DNA from: Brevinematales bacterium
GTDB taxonomy: Bacteria > Spirochaetota > Brevinematia > Brevinematales > JAOACQ01
Assembly (NCBI GenBank): GCA_037479045.1
Contig: JBBFLL010000006.1
Coordinates: 35,832 to 99,831 of the forward strand
Length of the DNA stretch: 64,000 nt
Direction of reading: 5' to 3'
The notes below the pieces were generated by a model. That model was not told the DNA's origin and searched no databases. It worked only from the letters and a program-made list of their open reading frames with translations. Shown here in pieces: positions 9,737 through 20,262 of this stretch. Numbering within the stretch: position 1 is the first letter of the stretch; every line of letters starts with the position of its first letter. The translations under genes were made by a program, and so were the position numbers.

Positions 9737-11776
9737 ATGAAAACAAAAATACTATTTATGCTTCTGCTTTTCTCATTTTCCTTTGCGGAAGATATTTCTC
9801 CCTATCTATCAGATAAACAATTCAAAACAGGTATGCAAAGATTTCACAACAGAGAGTATGAAGCCGCCATTCAAATATTTAACAAAGCATTATCAATATA
9901 TCCTATGAATCTTAAAGCAAGGTATTATCTTGGATTATCATTTCTTCAGGCTGGGTATGTAAAAAATTCTATTGATGAGTGGGAAAACCTCATAAAATTA
10001 GGTGGTGGGAATTACCTCATAAAACAAAAGTTGAATGACCTATATTTTTCTCTCTCACTTGATAGAAAACATGAATATTCTTCACCATACACTTTCAGTA
10101 GCTTTATAGAAAACAAAAACAAACTTGGCCGTCCATCTTTTATAATTTATGATGAAAAAATGGATAGATTTCTTGTCTCTTCAATAAAGAAGAAATATGT
10201 TATCGAACTTGACGCAAACGGAAATATTTTAAGAGAAATAGGTAGAAAGGTGGGAGATTTCTCATCTTTCAAAATGCCTACTGGACTTTATATATATGCT
10301 GATAATATCTATGTTGCCGATTATAAACTCGACACAATCTTTGTATTTAACAGAGACGGCAAATTTCTTAATAAAAAAATAGGTTCAAAAGGCTTTGGAG
10401 AAAGTAATATTTCAGGACCTATGGGAATTTATATAAAAGATGATTATATATTTGTTGTAGACAATGGCAACGATAGAGTACAAAAGTTTTCAATAACAGG
10501 TGAGTGGATTCAATCAATAGGCAGTGGAGAACTAAAAAGACCAACAGATATAGCTGGAGAGGGAGATTATATTTATATAAGTGATACTGGTAATAAAAGA
10601 ATCATTGTTTACGATATTTTCGGGAATTTTGTTAGTTCGATAAGTAGCGAACAACTCTCCCAACCGAGAGGTTTAGCAATAAAAAATAAAAAACTCTACA
10701 TATCCGACGCCATCGAAGGGCTTTTTATATATGACATTGATAAAGAAATGTTTGAGAAAATTTCCATATCAAAAGAAAAACTCAACCTACCATTTGATGT
10801 AGCAATAGACACAAGAAACATTCTTTACGAAACGGATTTTAATACTTTTAAAATAGCTGTTTTTACACCTCTTGAACTCCAGTATGCAAATTTAAATGTT
10901 CAAACCACACAGATCTGGCTTGATAACTACCCCAGAAACTTTATTCATCTTCGTGTTTTTGACAAAGCTGGAAATCCAGTATATGACTTAAAAGAAGAAA
11001 ACTTCCTTGTGTATGAAGAAGGAACGTTGGTTCCTATAATAAAGCTCGGTGCCACATATAGTTTCAGAAAAAATATGTATGCAAAAATAATAATTGACAA
11101 AAGTATAAAAATGAAAGAGTATGAAGAAGATTTAATCGAAATAGTAAGGGCTTTTCTTGAAAAAACGACTGGAGATGACTGGATAGATATTAAAGTTTTG
11201 TCAAAGGATATTGAAACTACAGGTAGAATTAAAGCAAGTGTTCTTTCTCCACTTGAATTTATCAAAAAGCAAGAATATTCAGAAACATTAAATAACCTTG
11301 ATACATCTATATATGACTCAATCAGAGAATTACTTAATATAAACAGAAATAAAGCCATAATTTTAATCACTGCCGAAGATTTAAATCAATCTTTCTCCAC
11401 TTATGACCTTGAAACGCTTATCAATTATGCAAGAAATAATGCCATCCCAATATATGTTATAAACTTCAACCCAGAAAATAAAAATTCTCTTGAACTTCTA
11501 TCAGCAAAAACTTTTGGAAGATATTATTCTCTTAAAGAATACAAAGATATTTTAAACATTTACGAAACAATCAAAAACTCAAAACCTCTCGAATATATAA
11601 TCACTTATGATGGAATGAACCTGAAAGGACTGAAAAATTTCTTTGTAAACGTTAATATAAAAGTCAAATACAAAGGACTTATAGGAGTTGACGAAATTGG
11701 ATACTATGTTCCAGAATATTTTTTGCCTCTCAATTTTTTTGGACAGAAAAAAGAGATAGTTAAGGAGTATAAATGA
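9737..11776 (+). CDS. exported TPR + NHL-repeat beta-propeller + vWA-like domain protein
   Basis: Signal peptide MKTKILFMLLLFSFSFA (ATG 9737 preferred over TTG 9731). TPR-like N-terminus. Repeated NHL-like blades (P.G.Y..D..IYV.D....I.VF). The C-terminal ~230 aa looks vWA-like (LVYEEG..; IILITAED..; IPIYVINF). Confidence 0.65.
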   Translation: MKTKILFMLLLFSFSFAEDISPYLSDKQFKTGMQRFHNREYEAAIQIFNKALSIYPMNLKARYYLGLSFLQAGYVKNSIDEWENLIKLGGGNYLIKQKLNDLYFSLSLDRKHEYSSPYTFSSFIENKNKLGRPSFIIYDEKMDRFLVSSIKKKYVIELDANGNILREIGRKVGDFSSFKMPTGLYIYADNIYVADYKLDTIFVFNRDGKFLNKKIGSKGFGESNISGPMGIYIKDDYIFVVDNGNDRVQKFSITGEWIQSIGSGELKRPTDIAGEGDYIYISDTGNKRIIVYDIFGNFVSSISSEQLSQPRGLAIKNKKLYISDAIEGLFIYDIDKEMFEKISISKEKLNLPFDVAIDTRNILYETDFNTFKIAVFTPLELQYANLNVQTTQIWLDNYPRNFIHLRVFDKAGNPVYDLKEENFLVYEEGTLVPIIKLGATYSFRKNMYAKIIIDKSIKMKEYEEDLIEIVRAFLEKTTGDDWIDIKVLSKDIETTGRIKASVLSPLEFIKKQEYSETLNNLDTSIYDSIRELLNINRNKAIILITAEDLNQSFSTYDLETLINYARNNAIPIYVINFNPENKNSLELLSAKTFGRYYSLKEYKDILNIYETIKNSKPLEYIITYDGMNLKGLKNFFVNVNIKVKYKGLIGVDEIGYYVPEYFLPLNFFGQKKEIVKEYK

Positions 11777-14025
11777 CAACTCCCTACGAAAAGAAAAAAT
11801 GTGAAGAGGCTCGCATAGTATCTGCAATAGAAGGATTTATCCAGACTATAGGTATAAATATTGGTGGACTTTTTCTTCCAAGTTTTGTCACAACATCATT
11901 ACTTCTCTATTTTCTTAAAGCTCCACTATGGCTTATTGGTTTTATTAACTCACTTCTATACCTTGTAAACGTCTTACAGCCAATATCAAGTGCTTTAACA
12001 AGGAATATATCGAAAAGGAAACCTATAGTTATTTCAACCTCTTTTGTTGGTAGAAGTTTATTCATACTTTCTATGTTTTTACTTCTTGGTATTCCATTTA
12101 AATCAATTTCTCTTTCATTGATAATTTTTATTCTCATAATTGCCTCTTTTTCAATGTCTTTTGCAGGAACTGGCTGGAGCACATGGATGGCAGATATTGT
12201 CCCTGAAGAAAAAAGAGGTGGATATTTTGCATTTCGGAATTCATTATCCAATGTTGCTGGAATAATTGCAGTATTACTTGCTGGATATATTCTTAAAAAC
12301 AGTAGTGATAAAAATGCTTTCGTAAATGTATATTTAATTGCATTGTTAGCCGTAATTCTTGGAACTATTACACTTTTCTTCCAGTATGAACCAAAAAAGA
12401 ATGAAATATACAATGAACCTTTTTTTGTTAGTTATAAAAATATATTCAAAGACACAAATTTTTTAAAATTTGTGGGGATGGTTTCTTTCTTTAATTTTGC
12501 CTTGCTTCTTTCAAATCCATTTTTCAATGTATATTATCTTGATTATCTTAAAATCTCGCCTTCTTTCCTATCATACTTCACAGCAGCAGGAATTATTTTT
12601 GGAATATTTGGCTACCTGTTTTTTGGCAAACTTTCTGAAATTGGAGGAAATAAGTTTATTATAAAAATTTGTTTGTTTTCTTTAATTTTCCCCCCAATAA
12701 TAGTTAATTTTTTACATAGAGAGAATATAATTTTACTTGGTTTAATAATATTTATACAGAATTTCTTTTCAGCTGGCTGGGTTTTAGGCACATTCAACAC
12801 ATCACTATCCATTTCCCCACTTAAGAATAGATCTCTTTATATTGCTGTATTTAACTCTATTAACTCATTTTTTGCAATAATCGCTCCAGTTATTGGAGGA
12901 TTTTTGACTGACTTATATGGTAAACCTCTATTTTTCATTTTTGGAAAAGAGTTTTATTCCACAATTTTTGTATTTTTTACCACTTCAGTTTTAATACTTA
13001 TAGGTTTACTTCTTTTTCCAGATTATATCGAATCAGAAAAATCGATTGGAGAATTTTCTATTCGTGATGTTATATTAAGACCAGACTTCGCAACTGTAAT
13101 ATATAGAATCTTTGTATCAAGTTTCATTCCAAGAATACCTTCAAGAGTCAAACTCGCTGAAAACATTGGAGAAACAAAATCCTCAATCGGAGTTGTCCCA
13201 CTAAGTAAACTTCTCTACGATATGGATCATGAGGTAAGAATTGCAGCAATAAGAAATTTAGGAAAAATATCAACATTTCAAGCTGCTTCAGTCCTTATGA
13301 AATATTATAAAAATGCCTCATATTTAGAAAAAAAGGAGATTCTTTCTGCCTTTGCAAATTACAACTTTGATGAGTGTAGAAATTTTCTTTTAAAAATTGC
13401 CGAAAACACACCCCACAAAACCTTGAAAATGGAATCCTTACACTCTCTTGCTTTTATGATAAATATAGATGTAAAAAAAATGGCTCTCGAAAAAATAAAA
13501 ATTGAAGAGGATATAAATTTATTCCTTGTATATCTTGAAATTCTAGCAAGAGGAAAGGTTCTTGAATCAATACCTGTAATCCTTAAAAGATATTCAAAGA
13601 TAAAAGATGAAAATGTTAAAAATGAAATTTTATTTTATCTCTCTATCTTGTTCGATGTTAAAAAAATGTTTTATAATTTCGCCAGTATAGAAGATGAAGA
13701 TGAAAAAGAAAAATTACTCATCTACAACATTAAAAAAGCATTTAAACTCATAAATAAAAGTTTAACTAACATTCAGGATAAAAGAATAATAAATGACATT
13801 AAAAATTCAATAATCCAGTTAATTATTGATAAAAAAACTATAACACTTAAAAATATTCAAAAAAATTTCTTTATAATTTTTTCACAGATTTCTATAAACT
13901 TAAACCCGTTCGTTAAAGGTTTTCTAGAATATTTCTTCAAAAAGGAAAAATTAAATATTCTCGAACTTGAATTGGTTTTTCTTGAAATTATTGAATATAT
14001 TTATTTGATACGAAAAATTAAATAG
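11773..14025 (+). CDS. MFS transporter fused to a C-terminal HEAT/PBS-lyase-like repeat domain
   Basis: About 430 aa of polytopic MFS-like membrane domain, followed by ~300 soluble aa with HEAT-type repeats (DHEVRIAAIRNLGKI). The ATG overlaps the upstream stop (ATGA), and AAGGAG lies 5 nt upstream. Confidence 0.65.
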   Translation: MTTPYEKKKCEEARIVSAIEGFIQTIGINIGGLFLPSFVTTSLLLYFLKAPLWLIGFINSLLYLVNVLQPISSALTRNISKRKPIVISTSFVGRSLFILSMFLLLGIPFKSISLSLIIFILIIASFSMSFAGTGWSTWMADIVPEEKRGGYFAFRNSLSNVAGIIAVLLAGYILKNSSDKNAFVNVYLIALLAVILGTITLFFQYEPKKNEIYNEPFFVSYKNIFKDTNFLKFVGMVSFFNFALLLSNPFFNVYYLDYLKISPSFLSYFTAAGIIFGIFGYLFFGKLSEIGGNKFIIKICLFSLIFPPIIVNFLHRENIILLGLIIFIQNFFSAGWVLGTFNTSLSISPLKNRSLYIAVFNSINSFFAIIAPVIGGFLTDLYGKPLFFIFGKEFYSTIFVFFTTSVLILIGLLLFPDYIESEKSIGEFSIRDVILRPDFATVIYRIFVSSFIPRIPSRVKLAENIGETKSSIGVVPLSKLLYDMDHEVRIAAIRNLGKISTFQAASVLMKYYKNASYLEKKEILSAFANYNFDECRNFLLKIAENTPHKTLKMESLHSLAFMINIDVKKMALEKIKIEEDINLFLVYLEILARGKVLESIPVILKRYSKIKDENVKNEILFYLSILFDVKKMFYNFASIEDEDEKEKLLIYNIKKAFKLINKSLTNIQDKRIINDIKNSIIQLIIDKKTITLKNIQKNFFIIFSQISINLNPFVKGFLEYFFKKEKLNILELELVFLEIIEYIYLIRKIK

Positions 14026-14104
14026 GAACTATTTTTGCAAAAACCATTGATTTATTGTAAAATATTTGTTAGAATTATTTATAGTCTTTATTATAGGGGT
14101 TGAT

Positions 14105-16684
14105 ATGAAATATGTAGGCACACTCAAGGTTGAACCTTCTCTGCCTGAAAACATTTCAAGAATCAAAGAACTTGCTTATAATCTATGGTGGGTATGGAAT
14201 TACGATGCACAACAGCTCTTTATTAAGATTGATCCAGATTTATGGGAAAAGGTCTATCATAACCCTGTCAAATTCCTTTTAGAAATAGACCAGAAATCCC
14301 TTCTGAAAGTTTCTGAAGACAAAAATTATCTTGAACTTTATGAAAAGGTTTTTAAAGAATTCGATAATTACATGAAAAGTGAAAATACTTGGTTTAACAA
14401 AAATTTTCCAGAATATAAAAATAAACTTATAGCCTATTTTTCTGCCGAATATGGTTTTCATGAGTCTCTACCGATTTATTCTGGAGGACTTGGTGTACTT
14501 GCAGGTGATCACTTGAAAAGTGCAAGCGATATAGGTTTGCCACTTATTGGTGTGGGCTTACTTTACAAGCAGGGTTATTTCACTCAAAGAATAAATCCAG
14601 AAGGCTGGCAAGAAGCGATATATTACAATCTCGACTTCAATCAACTACCTCTTCAAAAAGTTATAAAAGATGGTAAGCAAGCTCAAATTTCTGTTGATTT
14701 ACCTGGTCGAAAGGTTTTTGCAAACATCTGGAAGGTAAACATAGGAAGAGTAAGCTTAATCCTTCTTGACACAAACATTCCAGAAAACAGACAGGAAGAT
14801 AGATGGTTTACTTCACAACTCTATGGTGGCGATCAGGAAATGAGAATAACACAAGAAATATTCTTAGGTATGGGTGGGGTTAAAGCTTTAAGAGAACTTG
14901 GCTACAAACCAGATGTATGGCATATGAATGAAGGTCACTCTGTTTTCTTAGGACTTGAAAGAATAAGAGAGCTTGTTTTAAACAACAACCTTAGTTTCTA
15001 TGAAGCTCTTAACTATATCCGATCAAGCACTATTTTTACTACACACACCCCTGTTCCAGCAGGAAACGACGCATTTCCTCTTCAACTTCAGGCAAAATAC
15101 TTCAAACAATACTGGGAAAGTGTTAAAATCACAGAGAATGAGTTTATGGAACTTGGAAAAGAAATAGACCCTCATGGTTATCAAATTTTCAGTCTTACGG
15201 TCTTAGCTTTAAAACTTGCTGGAAGAGCCAATGGAGTAAGTGAACTTCACGGACATGTATCAAGAAAACTCTGGCAAAAGGTATGGGAGCAAGTACCTGC
15301 CGAACAAAATCCTATAACACACATTACCAATGGAGTTCACACAGAAAGCTGGCTCGCCCCTGAAATGTCAGAACTCTTCGACAAATATCTCGGAAAGAAC
15401 TGGAAGGATAATCTTAACAACAAAGAATTTTTTAATAAAATTGATTCAATTCCTGATGAAGAATTATGGGAAGTTCATAAAAAATTAAAAACAAAAATGG
15501 TAGATTTTGTAAGAAAGAGAGCAAAAGAAGAATGGATAAGACATGGTGTCTCGTATGTAGAGATAGAAGATGAACTCGGTGAATTATTGAGCCCTGAAAC
15601 TCTTACAATTGGTTTTGCAAGGCGATTTGCAACTTACAAGAGAGCGATTCTTATCTTCAAAGATATAGAAAGAATTAAAAAAATCCTTAACAATCCAGAT
15701 ATGCCTCTTCAGATTGTATTTGCAGGTAAAGCACATCCTAAGGACACACCAGGACAACAATTTATAAAACATATTTTTGATCTTGCAAAACAAACTGGTT
15801 TCAAGGGTAAAATTTTCTTTGTTGAAGATTATGATCTCAATGTTGCTCGACACCTTGTTCAGGGTGTAGATATATGGCTCAATACTCCAAGAAGACCACT
15901 TGAAGCAAGTGGAACAAGCGGACAAAAAGGTCCTGTAAATGGTATAATAAACTTCAGTGTGCTTGATGGATGGTGGAGAGAGGCTTTTGCTATGAATCCT
16001 GAATGTGGCTGGTCAATAGGAAGAGACATTGATTATCCTGACACAGAACTTCAAGATAAAGAGGATTCTCTTGATATTTACAGCAAACTTGAAAAAGAAA
16101 TAATACCTCTTTACTACGAAAGAAATGAGAAAAATATCCCAACAAAATGGGTAAGAAAAATGAAAGAATCGATAAAAACAGTGCTACCAAATTTCAGCAC
16201 AGACAGAATGGTAAAAGAATATACTGAAAAACTCTATATTCCTTCAATCAAACAGGAAGAAGAATTCAAAAAAGAAGATTTTAAGGTAGCAAAAGAATTA
16301 ACTGTCTGGAAAAATTATATTTCAAGTTTATGGAACAATATTTCTATAGAAGTTGACTCAGTAAAACCAACAGGAGATTCTATTGAAACTACCATAGCAA
16401 ATGGCATTGAAATATCAGCAATAGTTAAACTTGGTGGTATAAAGAGTGAAGATGTAAATGTAGAAGTTTACTATAGAAAGATAGACGATAAAGGAAACGT
16501 CATAGAAGACAACCTTGTATCAATTATGGACAAAAGAGAAGAACTCGGTAATGGAAGGGTTAAATTCTCAACCATTCTCAAACCAGAAAATGGTGGAAGG
16601 TATGAGTTTACATTAAGAGTTGTTCCTTATAATAAAAATTTGTCCCATCCTTACGAAATGGGACTTGTTTATTGGTTAAATTAA
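14105..16684 (+). CDS. glgP: alpha-glucan (maltodextrin/glycogen) phosphorylase, GT35, DUF3417-type N-terminus
   Basis: MKYVGTLKVEPSLPENISRIKELAYNLWWVWN.. matches the N-terminus of the alpha-glucan phosphorylase family. The PLP-lysine context is EASGTSGQKGPVNG. I prefer ATG 14105 with a GGGG RBS over the TTG 14066 extension. Confidence 0.85.
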   Translation: MKYVGTLKVEPSLPENISRIKELAYNLWWVWNYDAQQLFIKIDPDLWEKVYHNPVKFLLEIDQKSLLKVSEDKNYLELYEKVFKEFDNYMKSENTWFNKNFPEYKNKLIAYFSAEYGFHESLPIYSGGLGVLAGDHLKSASDIGLPLIGVGLLYKQGYFTQRINPEGWQEAIYYNLDFNQLPLQKVIKDGKQAQISVDLPGRKVFANIWKVNIGRVSLILLDTNIPENRQEDRWFTSQLYGGDQEMRITQEIFLGMGGVKALRELGYKPDVWHMNEGHSVFLGLERIRELVLNNNLSFYEALNYIRSSTIFTTHTPVPAGNDAFPLQLQAKYFKQYWESVKITENEFMELGKEIDPHGYQIFSLTVLALKLAGRANGVSELHGHVSRKLWQKVWEQVPAEQNPITHITNGVHTESWLAPEMSELFDKYLGKNWKDNLNNKEFFNKIDSIPDEELWEVHKKLKTKMVDFVRKRAKEEWIRHGVSYVEIEDELGELLSPETLTIGFARRFATYKRAILIFKDIERIKKILNNPDMPLQIVFAGKAHPKDTPGQQFIKHIFDLAKQTGFKGKIFFVEDYDLNVARHLVQGVDIWLNTPRRPLEASGTSGQKGPVNGIINFSVLDGWWREAFAMNPECGWSIGRDIDYPDTELQDKEDSLDIYSKLEKEIIPLYYERNEKNIPTKWVRKMKESIKTVLPNFSTDRMVKEYTEKLYIPSIKQEEEFKKEDFKVAKELTVWKNYISSLWNNISIEVDSVKPTGDSIETTIANGIEISAIVKLGGIKSEDVNVEVYYRKIDDKGNVIEDNLVSIMDKREELGNGRVKFSTILKPENGGRYEFTLRVVPYNKNLSHPYEMGLVYWLN

Positions 16685-16703
16685 TTTTTATGGAGGTCAA
16701 GAA

Positions 16704-17837
16704 ATGGAAAGCGTTATTGAAAAATTAGAAAAGGCTTATAATTTATTAAAAGAACAGGAATTTGAAGAAAGTCAAAAATTATTCTCAGAAGTTATTTCAA
16801 ATCTTGAAAAAGATAAAGTTGATGATAAAGAATTGATCATAAAAGCCAAACTTGGATATGCTGATTCTTTACGTGAACAATTATATTTTGAGGAAGCAAT
16901 ACCTGTATATGAAGAAATTTTAAATATTGACAATAAAATTAAAGCAGCTCTTGCAGGTCTTGCAGATAGTTATAGAGGACTTAAAGACTGGGACAAGGCT
17001 TTATCCTACTGGTTTAAACTTCTTGAAATAGAACCAAACGACTACCTTGTTATTACAAGAATTGCAGATGCATATAGAAAGAAAAACGATTACGAAAATG
17101 CTGAAAAATACTATTTGATGGCTTTAAACATAAATCCAAAGAATAAATTTGCACTGATGGGTATAGGAGATCTTTATTACAAGCATAAAAAATACAATCG
17201 TGCCCTTGAATACTGGAAAACACTACTTGAGATTAATCCAAAATTCATTAATATTCTTACAATGGTTGGAAATATCTATAGAAACTGGAAACAATTCGAT
17301 AAAGCAATTGATTACTATCAAAAAGCCTTAGAAATAGATAGAAATAATTTTTATGCTTTATATGGAATTGCTGACGCCTTAAGAGGAAAGAGAAGATACA
17401 GAGATGCATTAAAATACTGGAAAAAGCTCTACAATAATGATCCAAGAAATGATAGAATAGCAACAAGACTTGCTGATTGCTATACAAGATTATCAAAATA
17501 TGATGAAGCTGAAAATATTTATAATGAAATTATGAAAGAAAATCCTTCAAGATATGCTGTAATAGGACTTATAAGAATATATATGGAGAAAAAAGACTGG
17601 AAAAAAGGTATCAGTCTCTGTGAGGAATACTTAAACAAATTCCCCAATGATCCAAGGATAGTAATACTTCTTGCAAAGATATATGAAAATGCAGGACAAA
17701 AAGACAAAACCTTTGAAGTCTATGAAAAATATGCGGCTATTTTCAATGACAGACAGGATTTTACTTCACAACTTGCAAATTCAACAATAGAAAATATAGA
17801 AAGTGAGATTGAAGAATTCCATGATAACTCATATTAA
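16704..17837 (+). CDS. tetratricopeptide repeat protein
   Basis: Many 34-aa TPR units (A...Y.KAL.I.P.N..AL..L). RBS GGAGG lies upstream. Confidence 0.75.
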   Translation: MESVIEKLEKAYNLLKEQEFEESQKLFSEVISNLEKDKVDDKELIIKAKLGYADSLREQLYFEEAIPVYEEILNIDNKIKAALAGLADSYRGLKDWDKALSYWFKLLEIEPNDYLVITRIADAYRKKNDYENAEKYYLMALNINPKNKFALMGIGDLYYKHKKYNRALEYWKTLLEINPKFINILTMVGNIYRNWKQFDKAIDYYQKALEIDRNNFYALYGIADALRGKRRYRDALKYWKKLYNNDPRNDRIATRLADCYTRLSKYDEAENIYNEIMKENPSRYAVIGLIRIYMEKKDWKKGISLCEEYLNKFPNDPRIVILLAKIYENAGQKDKTFEVYEKYAAIFNDRQDFTSQLANSTIENIESEIEEFHDNSY

Positions 17838-18393
17838 AATTATAATTTTTCTTATTTTTCTTTCTATATCAGGTTTGTGGGCAATAAATTTTCCTGAAAA
17901 TGACTTTTTCCCAGTTGGAAGTGATGTAAAATACACTTTGATTTCTGAGAAAAGTAATATTATAGAACTTTCTCAAAAACTTATTCTTCCTGAAAACTGG
18001 GAAGATTACGGTGTATGGGTTATATGGAATTTAAAATTTAATAATTCAAATGAAATAAATCTTGTTTTCTGGGCTAATTATGAGAAAGAGGTATATCTTT
18101 CTTCTATAAAAGATAATTTTTATGAAAGAATGTTGCCTGAAAATGTTCTTATCTTTGCTAAAAATATCACTCTCAACAGAGACATTAAAATTGGCAATAA
18201 CATTTACTTCACCTATCTTAAAGAATATAATGAGTTAACTCTTCCTTCTACAAAATTAAAACTATCTTCTGTAGTAAAAACACAGTTAAAACTCAATAAA
18301 CTTGAATATTATCTCTATTTTATAAAAAAAAGAGGAATCGCTCTTATAGAAACTAAGGATGAAGTTTTCGTTGAAACAAAACTTATAAAATAA
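17821..18393 (+). CDS. exported hypothetical protein
   Basis: Signal peptide MITHIKIIIFLIFLSISGLWA, using ATG 17821. No recognisable family. Confidence 0.5.
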   Translation: MITHIKIIIFLIFLSISGLWAINFPENDFFPVGSDVKYTLISEKSNIIELSQKLILPENWEDYGVWVIWNLKFNNSNEINLVFWANYEKEVYLSSIKDNFYERMLPENVLIFAKNITLNRDIKIGNNIYFTYLKEYNELTLPSTKLKLSSVVKTQLKLNKLEYYLYFIKKRGIALIETKDEVFVETKLIK

Positions 18394-18396
18394 TAA

Positions 18397-19233
18397 TCAC
18401 TTATCTTTTCCTTCAAGATGTCTTTCTATCTTTTCAAGTAGTTTTCTATCGTCATCTGTAATAAGTGTCTTGATCCTATCTGTGCCAAAAAATCTCCAAA
18501 ATCTATAGAGATAAATTTGATTAATAACTGTTCTTCTTGCTGTCTCAACAATAACATTATTTTTACTATACACACCTTTTGCTGTTCTTTCATCACTAAA
18601 ATTAACTATCATTGTTTCTTTTCTGTCTATCGTTATAACAAGAGAATTTTCAAGAAATTCCTCTGCCTTAAAATACTTTTCAACCTGATAACTATAGAGA
18701 GTTATACCCTTGGTATCAAGAGAATAGTAAGAAAAAATATTTATGTTGACATTATTTTTAAGTTTTCTTTCAAGATCGTCTATGATTTCATCAAGGAGTT
18801 GTTGTTCACTTATCCAGACATAAATTTCTTCTTCAGCTCTTTCTATCATTGAAAATATTGAATTAAGAATATTTTTTCTACCAATTATATTCCAGAAGAA
18901 ATCTGTATTATCAACTACTACAGATTCTTTTAAGATTTTTGAAATATTCTTTTTTGATTCATTAAACTCACTTTCTATATTTTTAAGGAATTCATCAATT
19001 TCTACTGGAATATATGTATCTGGATTTGACTTAATAATTCTTGCTCCACCCTTTTCAACAAGTCTATTGAGCATCTCATAGACTACAGGACGCAATATTC
19101 CACTCGTTTTGCTGAGCTGATATCCAGTAATAGGATGTTGTTCTAAAAGAGCAAGGTATACTTTAGCTTCATTTGGAGATAAACCAAGTTTTTCAAAACT
19201 TTCGATCAAATCGGGTCTATCTGATAATGCCAT
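18397..19233 (-). CDS. TrmB family transcriptional regulator
   Basis: N-terminal wHTH LGLSPNEAKVYLALLEQHPITGYQLSKTSGILRPVVYEMLNRLVEKG is typical of TrmB. Length is 278 aa, with a C-terminal effector-type domain. Confidence 0.8.
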   Translation of the reverse strand: MALSDRPDLIESFEKLGLSPNEAKVYLALLEQHPITGYQLSKTSGILRPVVYEMLNRLVEKGGARIIKSNPDTYIPVEIDEFLKNIESEFNESKKNISKILKESVVVDNTDFFWNIIGRKNILNSIFSMIERAEEEIYVWISEQQLLDEIIDDLERKLKNNVNINIFSYYSLDTKGITLYSYQVEKYFKAEEFLENSLVITIDRKETMIVNFSDERTAKGVYSKNNVIVETARRTVINQIYLYRFWRFFGTDRIKTLITDDDRKLLEKIERHLEGKDK

Positions 19234-19242
19234 AACACCCCT

Positions 19243-20262
19243 TTAATTTTTTAATTGATAAATTCCGCTTCCTTTTCCCATCATATTCATAGTTTCATTC
19301 TCTATATCAACATTAATTTTATAGCTCTGAAACCTTGAATTATTCTCTTCAAGAACAGGATTTCCTGTAAGTGCAACCTTTTTTCTCTTTATAAAATATT
19401 CTCCCCACATAGCTTTTGCTGTCCTTTTACCCTGTATTATTACAACATCACCAAGAAGATTTGCTTTTTCCTCTTTATCAAATTTTTCCATCACAATTGA
19501 AGAAGCTTTTGCATTTTTTTCTTTGAAATCTATAAATGGTCTTGTCTCATTTGAATATCCACCTGTTATTCTGGTATAGCCCTCTTCTTTAAAGTAATCA
19601 AGTCTGTTACCATAAATTGCATATCCTTCTTTCTCATCTACTATTTTTACATTTCCCGTTGCTGTATAGCTTTCCTGATTTTTCTTTTTTGTATCAAGAT
19701 AAAGCCTGTCTGCATAAAGTTTGCTACTTTTTTCAATTACTTCCACATTATTTTTAACAACAAAGGTATTTCTTGATTGGTTTATCTCTGCTATATCACT
19801 TTTCACAATTATGTTTGTGTTTGAGATTTTAACATTTCCTATGAGTAATATTGTATCTTTCTCGGGATAAATTTTTATTTTATTTCCAGTAGCGATAGTT
19901 CCATCTTTTTTTAATATTATTTTAGGATTTTTTGATAGTGTTATTTCTTTTGTATTTTCATCATAGACACCCTCTTCAGCTCTCATTATAATATTTTCTT
20001 TCCTGTCTTCGTAGTAAACATTCCCATAAGCAAAACCTTTTTTTATTGAATCATCATAGATCATCATTTCAGCTCTTAAGAAACTATTATCATAATTAAT
20101 CGATGGCTGAATTTTATTTGAATTTTCGAGAATCAATTTTTTTATTTCCCATTTATATACGCTTCTGCCCGCTGTTATTTCAACAGGCTTTGTAGGAGAA
20201 GTTCTAAAACTACCAGCAAAAGATATGTTTATGAAAAATAATATAAAGAAAATTTTCTTCAT
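19243..20262 (-). CDS. LptA/OstA-like periplasmic protein (repeated OstA-N type beta-jellyroll)
   Basis: Signal peptide, repeated G+V.i motifs of OstA_N-like folds, and a position immediately downstream of an LptC-like gene (ATGA-type overlap). Confidence 0.55.
   Translation of the reverse strand: MKKIFFILFFINISFAGSFRTSPTKPVEITAGRSVYKWEIKKLILENSNKIQPSINYDNSFLRAEMMIYDDSIKKGFAYGNVYYEDRKENIIMRAEEGVYDENTKEITLSKNPKIILKKDGTIATGNKIKIYPEKDTILLIGNVKISNTNIIVKSDIAEINQSRNTFVVKNNVEVIEKSSKLYADRLYLDTKKKNQESYTATGNVKIVDEKEGYAIYGNRLDYFKEEGYTRITGGYSNETRPFIDFKEKNAKASSIVMEKFDKEEKANLLGDVVIIQGKRTAKAMWGEYFIKRKKVALTGNPVLEENNSRFQSYKINVDIENETMNMMGKGSGIYQLKN

Noticed and set aside
14066-14104. N-terminal extensions from alternative TTG/GTG starts in the ORF track. 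Cases: glgP 14066, nfi 20841, fliF 48869, tyrA 1680, HU 59747, esterase 30280, LptC-like 20846, atpK 40902, trkA 23231.
   Set aside because: In each case a downstream start has a proper Shine-Dalgarno sequence at 4-8 nt. It also gives the family-typical N-terminus or signal peptide. The extensions add hydrophobic or odd residues or overlap upstream signals.
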